Of a stretch of DNA of 64,000 nt, positions 1 to 10,261 are shown piece by piece (position 1 is the stretch's first letter; every line of letters starts with the position of its first letter). This DNA comes from an uncultured Candidatus Binatia bacterium. GTDB lineage: Bacteria; Desulfobacterota; Binatia; UBA9968; CAXXLF01. A model generated the notes under the pieces. That model searched no databases, had not been told where the DNA came from, and worked only from the letters and a program-made list of their open reading frames with translations. A program made the position numbers and the translations under genes. The stretch is taken from positions 608,001 to 672,000 of the forward strand of contig OZ244621.1 in NCBI GenBank assembly GCA_965218425.1. The letters are read 5' to 3'.

Positions 1-123
1 ACCGAAGCCGGTCTCGAAGACACCCAATCTTGTCCGAGAACCGGAAAGTTGTCAATAGGAGTAGCGACGTCGACTGGTTAGCCTAATATAAACGTGGTAG
101 GACCTTTACGGGTCGAATCCCAT

Positions 124-669
124 TCATGGTTTGTACTTATAAAGGAGAAATCGGAGCGCCACGTAATCATACAGTGCATGGGTAACCATAGCCGCAAGGA
201 GATTTTCGTGGGCAAGGGAGAGCCAACCCATGTAGAAACCGAGCAGCCCTGCCAGAACTGCGTACGTTGGGGTGATGAAATGCCCCAATCCGAATAAGGC
301 GCTGGTCAACATCAACGCTACGCCAGGGTTTAACAATTCAGCGAGCAGGCTTTGCATAACCCCCCGGAACAATGCCTCTTCTCCGATTCCCGCCAATACA
401 CAGATCAAGATCAGGTCAAATTGTGAACAGCCTGCAAAAAGCGGTAGGATCTTGTGCTCGATTTCAAACATCAGGCCCCGAAAAGGACCCCACTCGGTTC
501 GTGAACACCACCACATTGCCAGTAGCAGTGGACCTGTGGCTGCCATTCCCAAGACGACGGCCCGCCATTTTAGCTGCACCAGCTCAAATGGCGGGGCACC
601 AACCAACCAGCCCAACCCCCAGGCCAGCACTAGGATGGAGCTCTCTACAGCGATGGCGAGCTTTACCAT
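124..669 (-). CDS. CPBP (Abi/CAAX protease-like) intramembrane metalloprotease
   Basis: Hydrophobic 181-aa ORF with EEALFRG, FGLGH and HALYD motifs. Confidence 0.9.
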   Translation of the reverse strand: MVKLAIAVESSILVLAWGLGWLVGAPPFELVQLKWRAVVLGMAATGPLLLAMWWCSRTEWGPFRGLMFEIEHKILPLFAGCSQFDLILICVLAGIGEEALFRGVMQSLLAELLNPGVALMLTSALFGLGHFITPTYAVLAGLLGFYMGWLSLAHENLLAAMVTHALYDYVALRFLLYKYKP

Positions 670-1014
670 AATTCCTTCACTGCTAACAAACTATAAACCC
701 GCGAAAATTCAAAATTGGAACAAACTTTACCGGGCGTTTGACTCTTTCACATAGTTCCAATTAATTAGAGCGTCAAAATACAAGGGTTTGCCGTCGAGGG
801 CGCTGGGCACCTGGCAAACCTCGACTCCCCTGTAAAACCAACTGGAATATCAACGGGTTACCAGCTTTGCGGTCCATAGCGAAAATGAATTATAACTCCC
901 GTACCACCAACACGCCCTGCCATCCTTCAAGCTGTTACTCGTAAAGGGAATCCATGGACTCAAAATATTAAGGAAGAAGAGCCGGGAAAAGGCCCAATTC
1001 AACTTGATGACGAG

Positions 1015-1710
1015 TTAAAATTGCGATGGAAGACGCTCTATAATGGATATCTCCTTTGGATTGACCCGTGCGCGATAAGGCAAGACATCTACCCCAGCCT
1101 TTTGAGCCTTGCGGAGCCAGTTGCCATACTCCTTGTCAATTTCATCGGCTGGCCTAAATGCATCACAGTCCCCCCTCTGAACCACAAACACCAAGGCAGC
1201 CCTTTCCCCCTTACGCCGCAAACGAATCAGCTCTCTCAAGTGTTTGGTTCCGCGCTTCGTCACTGCGTCGGGAAACGCCGCGATTCCTTGAAAGGCCAGG
1301 GTTACATTCTTGACCTCTACGTAGCAACGTCTCCCGGATTGCTCGAGACAGAGATCCAAACGGGTGCCGGGGCCCACCTGCACTTCCCTTCGAATTCGTT
1401 GGTAGCCCTGGAGTTCCGTGATGACTCCGGACTCAATCGCCTCGGCCACCAAACGATTGGGTATGATGGTATTGATCCCAACCCAGGTGCGACGCACGCG
1501 AACCAGCTCCCACGTATAAGCAAGACGCCTTTTCGGGTTCTTGGCCTGGGATACATAAACCGCACTTCCCGGCTCCTGACAGCCCATCATGCTACCGGTG
1601 TTGGCACAATGAGACGTAACCACCCGACCGTTGAGGAGTCGAACGTCCGCCAGAAAACGCTTGTAACGCCTAATCAGCTTCCCACGCAGCAATCGAGAAG
1701 TGAACACCAT
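1015..1710 (-). CDS. sfsA: DNA/RNA nuclease SfsA
   Basis: RRYKRFLADV, HCANTGSM, YVEVKNVT, FPDAVTKRGTKHL; start placed at ATG 1710. Confidence 0.95.
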   Translation of the reverse strand: MVFTSRLLRGKLIRRYKRFLADVRLLNGRVVTSHCANTGSMMGCQEPGSAVYVSQAKNPKRRLAYTWELVRVRRTWVGINTIIPNRLVAEAIESGVITELQGYQRIRREVQVGPGTRLDLCLEQSGRRCYVEVKNVTLAFQGIAAFPDAVTKRGTKHLRELIRLRRKGERAALVFVVQRGDCDAFRPADEIDKEYGNWLRKAQKAGVDVLPYRARVNPKEISIIERLPSQF

Positions 1711-1878
1711 AACCACGCAACCTAAATCCACGGGCACCAAGGCCTTCTAACCAATTTTGTGTTGAATGTCCATTACAAGTCTGTTCTTTGTTGACAGAAG
1801 GCTCACTTTTTCGCTATGAGTTCCGGTCGAGAAATTTTTAAAAAGCCTGAGAAGCCCGTCAAACGAAGGGAGGACCCT

Positions 1879-2724
1879 ATGGCGGATCTTCGCGGGGTAG
1901 GAACACCCATTGCCCATTCAGACGACAATCCAGTTTCGGATTGGATTGATGGACTTCGGAAAAAGCTCAACTTTCAGAAACGCAAGCCCAAGGACGATGC
2001 AGAGCGAGAGCTCCTTGCAAGGTGGTTGGGGTATCGAGGGCGAGATGAGTTGGAAAACATCGTGGGCACAGCCTGCTACGCCTATTCCCACTTCGAAATG
2101 GATGCCGAGTGGCGTTACCATCTCACGGATCACATCAGGACGGAGGCGGGGCACGGATGGGGCTACATCCGGCAAGGGAACGCCATCTTCCCGGGGCGAG
2201 ATCAGACGAAGCCTGATCCGGATTTCGTGCGGGAACGCGGTCTTGCACCACGTGTGGAGCATATAGAGCTAATGAAACGAGACTTTTTGAGTTATCTGTT
2301 ATCCGGCAATCTCTGGCCGTACGGACATTGCACGGCAGTATCGATACAAGGAGTCGATATAAGCACGCCGCAGGTATTGGATTTCGAAGAACGTGTGGTA
2401 CATGCCGAAGAGCGGGGACATCACAACGCAATCCTTCAGAAACTCCATGACTACGTGTGGGAGTTGATCGAAAAGGAGGGCGAGGGTCCGGTCCGACGTC
2501 GCATCGCTGAGATCGACGCCAAGGCTCTAAACAGTCGCTGCCGAACCATATTCGACCCGCCACGCCGGGAATTTCTGCGCAGGACCTTTAACGCGCCGGT
2601 GGAGAACGTGAAAAAATTTCCCGAGTGGAGGGAATATCTCTATCTCAACGTGCTGGGCTTCCCGCCCGAGCCCGTGGCCATTGCCAACTGGCCCGAGGAT
2701 GTTCCCCGACCCAAGGCGGCCTAG
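1879..2724 (+). CDS. Ferritin-like (di-iron four-helix bundle) domain protein
   Basis: Two ExxH motifs (TEAGHG, EERGHH) about 90 aa apart; GGGAGG RBS before ATG 1879. Confidence 0.55.
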   Translation: MADLRGVGTPIAHSDDNPVSDWIDGLRKKLNFQKRKPKDDAERELLARWLGYRGRDELENIVGTACYAYSHFEMDAEWRYHLTDHIRTEAGHGWGYIRQGNAIFPGRDQTKPDPDFVRERGLAPRVEHIELMKRDFLSYLLSGNLWPYGHCTAVSIQGVDISTPQVLDFEERVVHAEERGHHNAILQKLHDYVWELIEKEGEGPVRRRIAEIDAKALNSRCRTIFDPPRREFLRRTFNAPVENVKKFPEWREYLYLNVLGFPPEPVAIANWPEDVPRPKAA

Positions 2725-2826
2725 GAAAGATGAGACAATGAAATGGAAGGTTGAATTACAACGTCAATTTCTTTTGGTGTTTTGCCGCCATGACAAAACA
2801 CCTTAAACAAAACTATATAAACGATC

Positions 2827-3078
2827 GTGCAATCGAGCGGGGTGAAAAACTCTGAGTTAGAGACGGGGAAAATACAACACAGAAACAACCTAGGGAAAAT
2901 TCGCCTGGCAATGCCGCTGGGGAAAACGGAACTGGCCCGACTGAGCGGGCTTTCACTCTTAACCATTGATAGGATTGAAAAGGGCATGAAGGGTCGAATG
3001 GAAACCCAACGAAAAATCCTCCTGGCCCAGGGAATAAAGTTCAATCAAAAGCACGGAGTGTTTAAACAATTACGCTAG
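2827..3078 (+). CDS. XRE-family helix-turn-helix regulator
   Basis: NNLGKIR...KTELARLSGLSLLTIDRIEKG pattern; start uncertain. Confidence 0.75.
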   Translation: MQSSGVKNSELETGKIQHRNNLGKIRLAMPLGKTELARLSGLSLLTIDRIEKGMKGRMETQRKILLAQGIKFNQKHGVFKQLR

Positions 3079-3566
3079 GGCTCCCCTTCCCTAAAATACT
3101 TTCCGGCCTCGCCATCAGGCATGCCAAAGGTGAAAACAAATCGGGTCCCGTCTTGGTCGGTTCCACTGCCGTATCCTTTGCCCCAGGCGATGACTCTATA
3201 AATGGTGAGGATTCGTTTGCCATCCTGACAGGCAAAAGCTACGCGGCCTTCTTTCCCGGGCGGAGCAATATTCATCATCGACCTACCAACACATTTGACC
3301 TCATTCACCTGTCCCTTTATCTCTATGGATCCTTTCTCGGGATGAGAGCGTGCAATAAGATCCCCTCTAAAGACTTCACCAGAGTCGACGAACTTGCCCA
3401 CCACGGGGTATTTGACAACGCAACCCGACAACCAGACCCCCCCGGTTAAAACAATAAGCGCCGTGAGCCACCCTCTCCTGTCAATCATCATAACATTAGA
3501 AACTCCAAACACATAGGATAGACCTGTTAGGTTGATTTGTGCCATATGGACTCGCGTGAACCTCAA
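3075..3566 (-). CDS. Putative lipoprotein
   Basis: RR + hydrophobic stretch + LSGC lipobox; true start probably later (MMIDRR). Confidence 0.55.
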   Translation of the reverse strand: MRFTRVHMAQINLTGLSYVFGVSNVMMIDRRGWLTALIVLTGGVWLSGCVVKYPVVGKFVDSGEVFRGDLIARSHPEKGSIEIKGQVNEVKCVGRSMMNIAPPGKEGRVAFACQDGKRILTIYRVIAWGKGYGSGTDQDGTRFVFTFGMPDGEAGKYFREGEP

Positions 3567-3703
3567 CAGGGTGGGTCAGGGTTCTACCACATCGTCGTTA
3601 TTGATACATCAGGTGCTAACTTCTATCTGGAACATGCGCGTTAGCGGCGCTGGAGTTTGACATATCCAGACAAAACGCAATAGATACAAAGTCGAGTACA
3701 CAC

Positions 3704-4915
3704 ATGTTTGTAGAATCCGGCCCAGGCATCAGCTCAGGTTTACGTAATCTGCCAAAACACCTAACGCTCCTCACGGTTTCCCATGGATTTATGGGATGGG
3801 TGTTCAGCATCACCGGCCCCTTGTTAATACTGCTGAGCGCGGCGGAACAGGGAAAGCTCTCCACGGAAGCCACTGTTTCTTGGATCACTATCGGATACTC
3901 GGTGGGTGGAATCACAAGCTGGATCTTGTCGCTTCGCTACCGTCAGCCGCTAACAGCAGCCGTAACGATTCCGGGGATGGTCTTAGTGGGAACCGCATTG
4001 AACCACGTGACCTTTCCAGAGGTAATCGGTGCGTATCTTGTCACCGCAGCTCTCCTCATCCTCATTGCGGTGAGCGGAAAAATCAACGTGGTGATGAATC
4101 GGTTTCCTCTACCCATAGCTATGGCAATGGTGGCCGGAGTTTTCTTACCCTTCGGATCGAATATCATCACCGCATGGGCAAAAGACCCATGGTTATCGAT
4201 CCCGACAACACTCACTTTTTTAGTCATCTCATTGCTCCCAAGTTCCACCAGGACCTTTCCACCAATCTTAGGTGCCATTTTAGCAGGACTTCTTATGGCT
4301 TTTTCAACCGGACAAACCCATGGAGAGCTGTTTCAGCTAAAGTTCGGTGCACTTTCGTGGGTGAGCCCCGCCTGGAGCTTATCAGCCATCACGGAACTCA
4401 GTATTCCTCTTCTTCTCAGCGTGGTGGCGGTGCACAATGCTCAAGGGACCATGGTTCTGCGCATGGCCGGTTACGCTCCCCCCGTAAACGCCATGACCTG
4501 GGCCTGTGGTCTCGGAACAGTGATCAGCGCCGTTTTTGGATCCGCCCCCACCTGTATTACCGGACCGGTGACTGCAATCATATCTCCGCCGTCGGCTGGG
4601 CCGTCCGAAGGACGTTATGCAGCAGGTATCGTTACCGGAACCCTTTGGCTATTATCCGCACTGTTAGCTCCCGTGGTGGTACTGGGCAAGGAGATTTTTC
4701 CGGTTATATTAATCAACCTGCTGGCGGGGCTCGCGTTGTTTCCCGTTTTGGGCAATGCTTTCGTGGAGGCCTTTAAGGGCCGACATCGATTTGGGGCGCT
4801 CGTCTGCTTCATGGTAACCGTATCACGGATCACCCTCTTGAACGTAGGGGCTCCCTTCTGGGGATTGGTTACGGGACTCATGGTGTCAATCTTCCTGGAA
4901 CCCAAAGACTTTTAA
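3704..4915 (+). CDS. Benzoate/H+ symporter BenE family transporter
   Basis: 403-aa multi-TM protein; LSLRYRQP, PLPIAMAMVAG, GYAPPVN, GAPFWGLV. Confidence 0.85.
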   Translation: MFVESGPGISSGLRNLPKHLTLLTVSHGFMGWVFSITGPLLILLSAAEQGKLSTEATVSWITIGYSVGGITSWILSLRYRQPLTAAVTIPGMVLVGTALNHVTFPEVIGAYLVTAALLILIAVSGKINVVMNRFPLPIAMAMVAGVFLPFGSNIITAWAKDPWLSIPTTLTFLVISLLPSSTRTFPPILGAILAGLLMAFSTGQTHGELFQLKFGALSWVSPAWSLSAITELSIPLLLSVVAVHNAQGTMVLRMAGYAPPVNAMTWACGLGTVISAVFGSAPTCITGPVTAIISPPSAGPSEGRYAAGIVTGTLWLLSALLAPVVVLGKEIFPVILINLLAGLALFPVLGNAFVEAFKGRHRFGALVCFMVTVSRITLLNVGAPFWGLVTGLMVSIFLEPKDF

Positions 4916-5297
4916 ACAAGCATCCCAGTGTGCCATTCTCGACCATTCGACATGGCACGGTCACGGCCTTATCCACCGACCCTGCGGCATCGGATAAAAA
5001 CCCGACCATTTTATACGAACATCATCAAAACTCACTGTAAATACTTATATTTATTTAGATAGAAAAAAAGTAAATTTGGAGGAATCTGAATCTCAAAAGT
5101 GAGAGCCTCATTTCACCCCGGCTGACCCTTTCTGGTCATCAGTTCAACTTTTGACACTTATCCACACAACTTCACAATCCGTCAGAGGATTGCCGCAGGC
5201 CCTGCCCCTATTGGATATTTCCCTTGATTCAGGATACTTAGTATTATAACTCAAGTTGCGAGATAGGTTTGGTGAGTTAGCGCTGAAGGGTAAACGT

Positions 5298-6050
5298 TCA
5301 CCATATGCTTCTGGCCAAGGTAAGAATGAAAACCGCCTTCGCACCGCCGCGAATTAAGGTCCGGCTGCATTCGTTAGCGGTTGCGCCGGAAGTGTAAACA
5401 TCATCAACAAGCAGAATTCTCTTTCCCCGAATGGATTGCTTTTGATCTAAAGTAAAGGCGCCTCGTACGTTCTTCCTTCGAGCCTCTTCGGAAAGCTGCG
5501 TCTGCGGTTCCGTTACCGTAGACCTGAGAAGGATAAATGGGTTCATGGGAATCCTTCGCGAACGGCTGACTTGCTTGCCCAAGATGACTGCTTGATTAAA
5601 CCCCCGCCAGCGGAGTCTTTTGGGATGAAGAGGAACAGGAACGATCAAATCCAAGGGGAATTCCCTGAATAAGCCACTGCACCCTTTGGCCAAAAGTCTA
5701 CCCAAAGGTTTTCCTAAGGACGCCTTGCGTCCATACTTGAACTGCCGCAATACGGAGCGAAGCGGATCCATATTCTCGTCCCCCCGGGGATAGCACGCCC
5801 AGGCACGGGCCTGGATAAACAAAGGTGGTCGAACCAGGCATGCCCCACATAGGTGATCCTCTCCAGGAGTGTTTAGAAAAGGGTAGCCACAGGCAATGCA
5901 GAAAGGATGGGAAACCTCTCTAATCCTTTGCCGGCACTTCGAGCAAAAGCACAATTCATCCGGACCCGAGATTACATCTTTGCAAAATCGACAACGAGGT
6001 GGATAAAACAGATCAAGTAACGATTCGAGAGCAAATGCCATTTGCGTCAT
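5298..6050 (-). CDS. comF: ComF family protein (double Zn ribbon + PRTase)
   Basis: CxxC pairs, VPVPLH, RGFNQA, LLVDDVYTSGAT. Confidence 0.92.
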   Translation of the reverse strand: MTQMAFALESLLDLFYPPRCRFCKDVISGPDELCFCSKCRQRIREVSHPFCIACGYPFLNTPGEDHLCGACLVRPPLFIQARAWACYPRGDENMDPLRSVLRQFKYGRKASLGKPLGRLLAKGCSGLFREFPLDLIVPVPLHPKRLRWRGFNQAVILGKQVSRSRRIPMNPFILLRSTVTEPQTQLSEEARRKNVRGAFTLDQKQSIRGKRILLVDDVYTSGATANECSRTLIRGGAKAVFILTLARSIW

Positions 6051-6166
6051 GCTTGCATCAGCACAAGGCCGATTGAAAATAGTCCGCCGAATGCACCGTT
6101 ACGCTATGGCCTATATTGCACCATACCCCGACACCTGAGATTCTTCGTTCAAAGGATCGTAGGCTG

Positions 6167-7714
6167 TCAATGAAATTTTTCGATGAGGCAGTGCCCCGTC
6201 ATTTCAGTCGGTTGAGGGATTCCAAAAAGCTGGAGAATGGTGGGGGCAACATCAACGGCCGTTCCGGGGCGTAGTTGATTGATCTTGATCTGGTCATCCA
6301 CCAATATCAACGGAACCGGGTTACTGGTATGGGCCGTGTGAACGGAGCCAGTGTCGTAATCAATCATTTGTTCAGCATTGCCGTGATCCGCCGTGATAAC
6401 CAATCGACCCTTTTTCTGCAGCACAGCTCTCACTACTCTACCGACACATTCATCCGCCACCTCGCATGCGCGCAAGGTAGCCTTGAAGTCACCCGAATGC
6501 CCCACCATATCGCTGTTAGCAAAGTTAAGGATCACAAGCCCGTAGGAATCACCCGAAATCTCTTTCAGCAAAGTATCTGTGATTTCGTAGGCGCTCATTT
6601 CCGGTTTTAGATCATAGGTAGGGACTTCTTTCGCTGAAGGGACAAGAATCCGATTTTCAAGCGGAAAGCCTTGCTCCTCTCCGCCGTTGAAAAAATAGGT
6701 GACATGGGCGTATTTTTCAGTTTCCGCCAGGCGGAGCTGGGAAATGCCGCGACGACTGGCAACCTCGCCCAAAGTGTGAACCAGCTTCCGGGGCGGGAAG
6801 GCCACCGGGAGTTCAAAGGCACTGTCGTATTCCGTCATGGTCACAAAGGAAGATAGCGGGATTCGGCGCCAACGCGAGAACTCCTCAAATGCCGTCTGGG
6901 TAAAGGCCCTGGTCAACTGGCGAGCCCGGTCGGCCCTGAAATTGAAGAAAACCACGGAGTCTGCTTCCCGAATGGTCCCATTGGGATGGCAATCCTCAAT
7001 CAGGGTAGGGAGCACAAACTCGTCGGTGAGATCCTGCTGGTAGCTTTTACGGATCGCCTCCATAGCTGATGGAGCCCTGGATCCTATACCCTCTGTGAGG
7101 GCCAGATAGGCCTTTTCAATCCGATCCCAACGCTTGTCCCGATCCATGGCATAGTAGCGGCCGCTAAGGGATGCAATCTTCACTCCAGGAAAGGAAGGGA
7201 GTTTTTCGTTCAGTTCGCGCAAAAAACTCTCCCCGCTGGTGGGGGAAGTATCCCTGCCATCTAGAAAGAGATGGAGATAGACGTCCTCGACTTTCTGCAG
7301 CTTTGCCAACTCGAGGATAGCCTCAAGATGGCGCTGGTGGGCGTGGACACCTCCGTCCCCCAGAAGACCCAGGAGATGGAGTCTTGCGCTGGATTGCTTC
7401 ATGTGCTTCACCGCATCGATCAATACCTGGTTGGAAAAAAAACTGCCGTCATCAATGGCACGGTGAATGAGGGTAAGGCCCTGGTAGACAACCCGGCCCG
7501 AACCCAAATGCATGTGGCCCACCTCGGAATTACCCATTTGGCCCTCGGGAAGCCCTACGTGGAGCCCAGAAATTGAGATTAAGCTGGAAGGGCGAGATGC
7601 CACCAGCTCATCCATGTTCGGCGTAGCGGCCTGAAAAATGGCATTGCCCTCAGTTTTAGGGTTCACTCCCCACCCGTCGAGGATGACTAGGACAAGAGGT
7701 CGTTGATCTTGCAA
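6167..7714 (-). CDS. gpmI: 2,3-bisphosphoglycerate-independent phosphoglycerate mutase
   Basis: ILDGWG, GQMGNSEVGH, AETEKYAHVT, DMVGH, TADHGNAE. Confidence 0.98.
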   Translation of the reverse strand: MQDQRPLVLVILDGWGVNPKTEGNAIFQAATPNMDELVASRPSSLISISGLHVGLPEGQMGNSEVGHMHLGSGRVVYQGLTLIHRAIDDGSFFSNQVLIDAVKHMKQSSARLHLLGLLGDGGVHAHQRHLEAILELAKLQKVEDVYLHLFLDGRDTSPTSGESFLRELNEKLPSFPGVKIASLSGRYYAMDRDKRWDRIEKAYLALTEGIGSRAPSAMEAIRKSYQQDLTDEFVLPTLIEDCHPNGTIREADSVVFFNFRADRARQLTRAFTQTAFEEFSRWRRIPLSSFVTMTEYDSAFELPVAFPPRKLVHTLGEVASRRGISQLRLAETEKYAHVTYFFNGGEEQGFPLENRILVPSAKEVPTYDLKPEMSAYEITDTLLKEISGDSYGLVILNFANSDMVGHSGDFKATLRACEVADECVGRVVRAVLQKKGRLVITADHGNAEQMIDYDTGSVHTAHTSNPVPLILVDDQIKINQLRPGTAVDVAPTILQLFGIPQPTEMTGHCLIEKFH

Positions 7715-7787
7715 GGGCGGTCTCTCCTGGTTTACGGTGAGGCTTTTCTGGGACTAAAGGACCCTCCAAGGGCTCGTTTTTTAACCG

Positions 7788-8192
7788 TTAGGTGGTGGAT
7801 TCAGTCCTAAAACTGAACTGGTTAACCAGGGTCGAATAGGGCTCCGGCAGGCTTACTCGAGTTGCGTGTGACCAGAGTCCTTCCAGGTCATAAAATTCCC
7901 GCACCGGTTGATAGAAGACATGAACAATGACGTCGTCAAAATCCATCAAAACCCATTGCCCCCGGGTTCGCCCCTCCACGGAAAGCGGCTTAACGCTCTG
8001 TTTCCCTAGGTCTTCTTCGATGCCCTGCGCTATGCTTTGAACCTGCCGGTCAGAACGCCCGGAGCAAATAATGAAATAGTCGGCAATGGAGGTAACTTCG
8101 TTGACCTCTAACAAAACCAGATCGTTGGCTTTTTTATCCAGGGCAAAACGGCTTATGAGAAGGGCCTTATCCCAGGATTCCATCGAAGTCAA
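7788..8192 (-). CDS. rsfS: Ribosome silencing factor
   Basis: ADYFIICSG, WVLMDFDDVIVHVF, REFYDLEGLW; adjacent to nadD. Confidence 0.96.
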   Translation of the reverse strand: MTSMESWDKALLISRFALDKKANDLVLLEVNEVTSIADYFIICSGRSDRQVQSIAQGIEEDLGKQSVKPLSVEGRTRGQWVLMDFDDVIVHVFYQPVREFYDLEGLWSHATRVSLPEPYSTLVNQFSFRTESTT

Positions 8193-8860
8193 TCTTTTGA
8201 TCGTCCCTCCCGGGGCACCTGATACAGCGCCTTTTTATCTATATAGGATTCAACCTTTTGCGGCAGTAAATACCGAATTGACTTCCCCTTAGCTAACCGT
8301 TTTCTGATCTCAGAGGCAGAGATCCCAAGATCCGTAAGCCTACAAAAACAAAGATGTTTTCCACTTTCGTGACGAATGCTGTCGTTGCCTGGATCATAAC
8401 AAAATCCCCCCCGCACCGCAACGGGTATGGTCTTCAACGACAGGGCGTCGCCGGACCCAGGCCGGGAAGTCACGATGAGGTTGCACAGAGGGAATATCTC
8501 ATCCACGTTTTTCCAGGAATCAATGGCCATAAAGGTGTCCAGACCGAGAATAAAATAGAGCGAGTCCTTTGCCAATTGCTTCCTGGTAAAATAGCGGATT
8601 GTATCGATGGAATAGGACTTGCCAGGCCGTGACAGCTCTACGGCTGAGACGCCAAAGTGTCGGTTGCCGCCAACGGCCAAACGAACCATTCGCAATCGCT
8701 CTTCAGCCGATGTGGTCGGCCTTCTTCTTTTATGAGGAGGCGTGGAAGCGGGAATAAATATAATTCGATCCAGAGAAAAGGTCTCTCGAACCTCCTCGGC
8801 GCTTCTGAGGTGACCCCAGTGAATCGGATCGAAGGTGCCGCCAAATAGGCCGATCCTCAT
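8189..8860 (-). CDS. nadD: Nicotinate-nucleotide adenylyltransferase
   Basis: GGTFDPIHWGH, PPHK, ISASEIR. Confidence 0.97.
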   Translation of the reverse strand: MRIGLFGGTFDPIHWGHLRSAEEVRETFSLDRIIFIPASTPPHKRRRPTTSAEERLRMVRLAVGGNRHFGVSAVELSRPGKSYSIDTIRYFTRKQLAKDSLYFILGLDTFMAIDSWKNVDEIFPLCNLIVTSRPGSGDALSLKTIPVAVRGGFCYDPGNDSIRHESGKHLCFCRLTDLGISASEIRKRLAKGKSIRYLLPQKVESYIDKKALYQVPREGRSKD

Positions 8861-10137
8861 TCTCGTATCTGCCCGTCGCCAAAGACTATGAACTTTGTTG
8901 TAGTGAGCTCCTCCAGACCCATGGGACCAAAGGCATGGATCTTGCTCGTACTGATGCCGATCTCAGCGCCCAATCCTAACTCTCCCCCGTCATTAAAACG
9001 GGTGGAGGCGTTGACAAGCACCGCCGAGGAATTAACCCGGTTTACAAACTGCCTGGATTTTTCATAGTCAGAGGTTAATATGGTTTCCGTGTGCTGCGAG
9101 CCGTATTGCTCGATATGCTCGACGGCTTCGTTCATGTCGTCCACCACCCGAACCGCCAGAACCAAGTCGAGATATTCAGTTGTCCAGTCCTCGTCCCTGG
9201 CGGCTTTGACACCCGGCGCCAACAATTGCGTCCTTTTACAACCGCGAATCTCCACACCGGACTGCTGAAATTTGACGATCATGTTTGGTAAGAACTTGGG
9301 CGCAATGGACTCATGAACTAACAGGGTCTCCATGGCATTGCAGACGGATGGACGCTGAACTTTGGCGTTCATACAAACCCGCTCGGCCATTTCCAAGGAG
9401 GCATCGGACTCCACGTAAACGTGGCAGACTCCCTTGTAGTGTTTGACCACGGGAACTCGTGAGTTTCCCGCCACCCGACGAATCAATTCTTCTCCGCCCC
9501 GGGGAATAATCAGATCGATGTATTCCTCCAACTGAAGCAGTTCATCCACCATTTCCCGGTCCTTGGACTTCACCACCTGAACCGTCCCCTTTGCCATGTG
9601 GGCCTCTATGCAGGCCTCCTCGAGCACCGCACCGATGGCCTGGTTTGAATGATAGGCCTCGCTACCCCCACGTAGAATGACGGCGTTCCCCGATTTGAGA
9701 CATAGAGCCGCGGCATCGGCGGTCACATTGGGCCGAGCTTCGTAAATCATGGCGATGACGCCAAGGGGGATACGCATACGCCCCACCTGGAGACCGTTGG
9801 GGCGGCGCCACATCTTAACCACCTCACCCACCGGATCGCCCATGGCGGCCACCTCTCTGATTCCATTGGCCATGGCCTGGACGCGACCCGCATCGAGGGC
9901 GAGCCGATCCAGCAAGGCTTCTGAAACGCCCGCCTTGCGCGCCGACTTCAGGTCCTTGGCGTTCTCCTTCAGCAAAAGATCCTTCTTTTTCTCCAACTCT
10001 TCCGCCATAAGAAAAAGAGCCCGGCTCCTCACCCCTGAAGAAACCTCGGCCAGCCGGCTTGCAGCCTTCTTTGCATTTTGTCCTAACCGGACAGCTTCCT
10101 CTCTTAAAGACATCTTTTGCGCTTGCACTTTAGCCAT
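8857..10137 (-). CDS. proA: Glutamate-5-semialdehyde dehydrogenase
   Basis: IYEARPNVT, CNAMETLL, NASTRFNDG, GISTSKIHAFGPMGL. Confidence 0.98.
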   Translation of the reverse strand: MAKVQAQKMSLREEAVRLGQNAKKAASRLAEVSSGVRSRALFLMAEELEKKKDLLLKENAKDLKSARKAGVSEALLDRLALDAGRVQAMANGIREVAAMGDPVGEVVKMWRRPNGLQVGRMRIPLGVIAMIYEARPNVTADAAALCLKSGNAVILRGGSEAYHSNQAIGAVLEEACIEAHMAKGTVQVVKSKDREMVDELLQLEEYIDLIIPRGGEELIRRVAGNSRVPVVKHYKGVCHVYVESDASLEMAERVCMNAKVQRPSVCNAMETLLVHESIAPKFLPNMIVKFQQSGVEIRGCKRTQLLAPGVKAARDEDWTTEYLDLVLAVRVVDDMNEAVEHIEQYGSQHTETILTSDYEKSRQFVNRVNSSAVLVNASTRFNDGGELGLGAEIGISTSKIHAFGPMGLEELTTTKFIVFGDGQIRE

Positions 10138-10261
10138 CAGGTAACAGCATTCACTCTTATATTCAACCTAACGTTGAATCCGACCTCCGTCTCTGATTTC
10201 CGATTCCCGACTTTTCACTTCCAAGCAAGCCACGGCTGAAAGCAAATCGCTGAAAAGCAAT

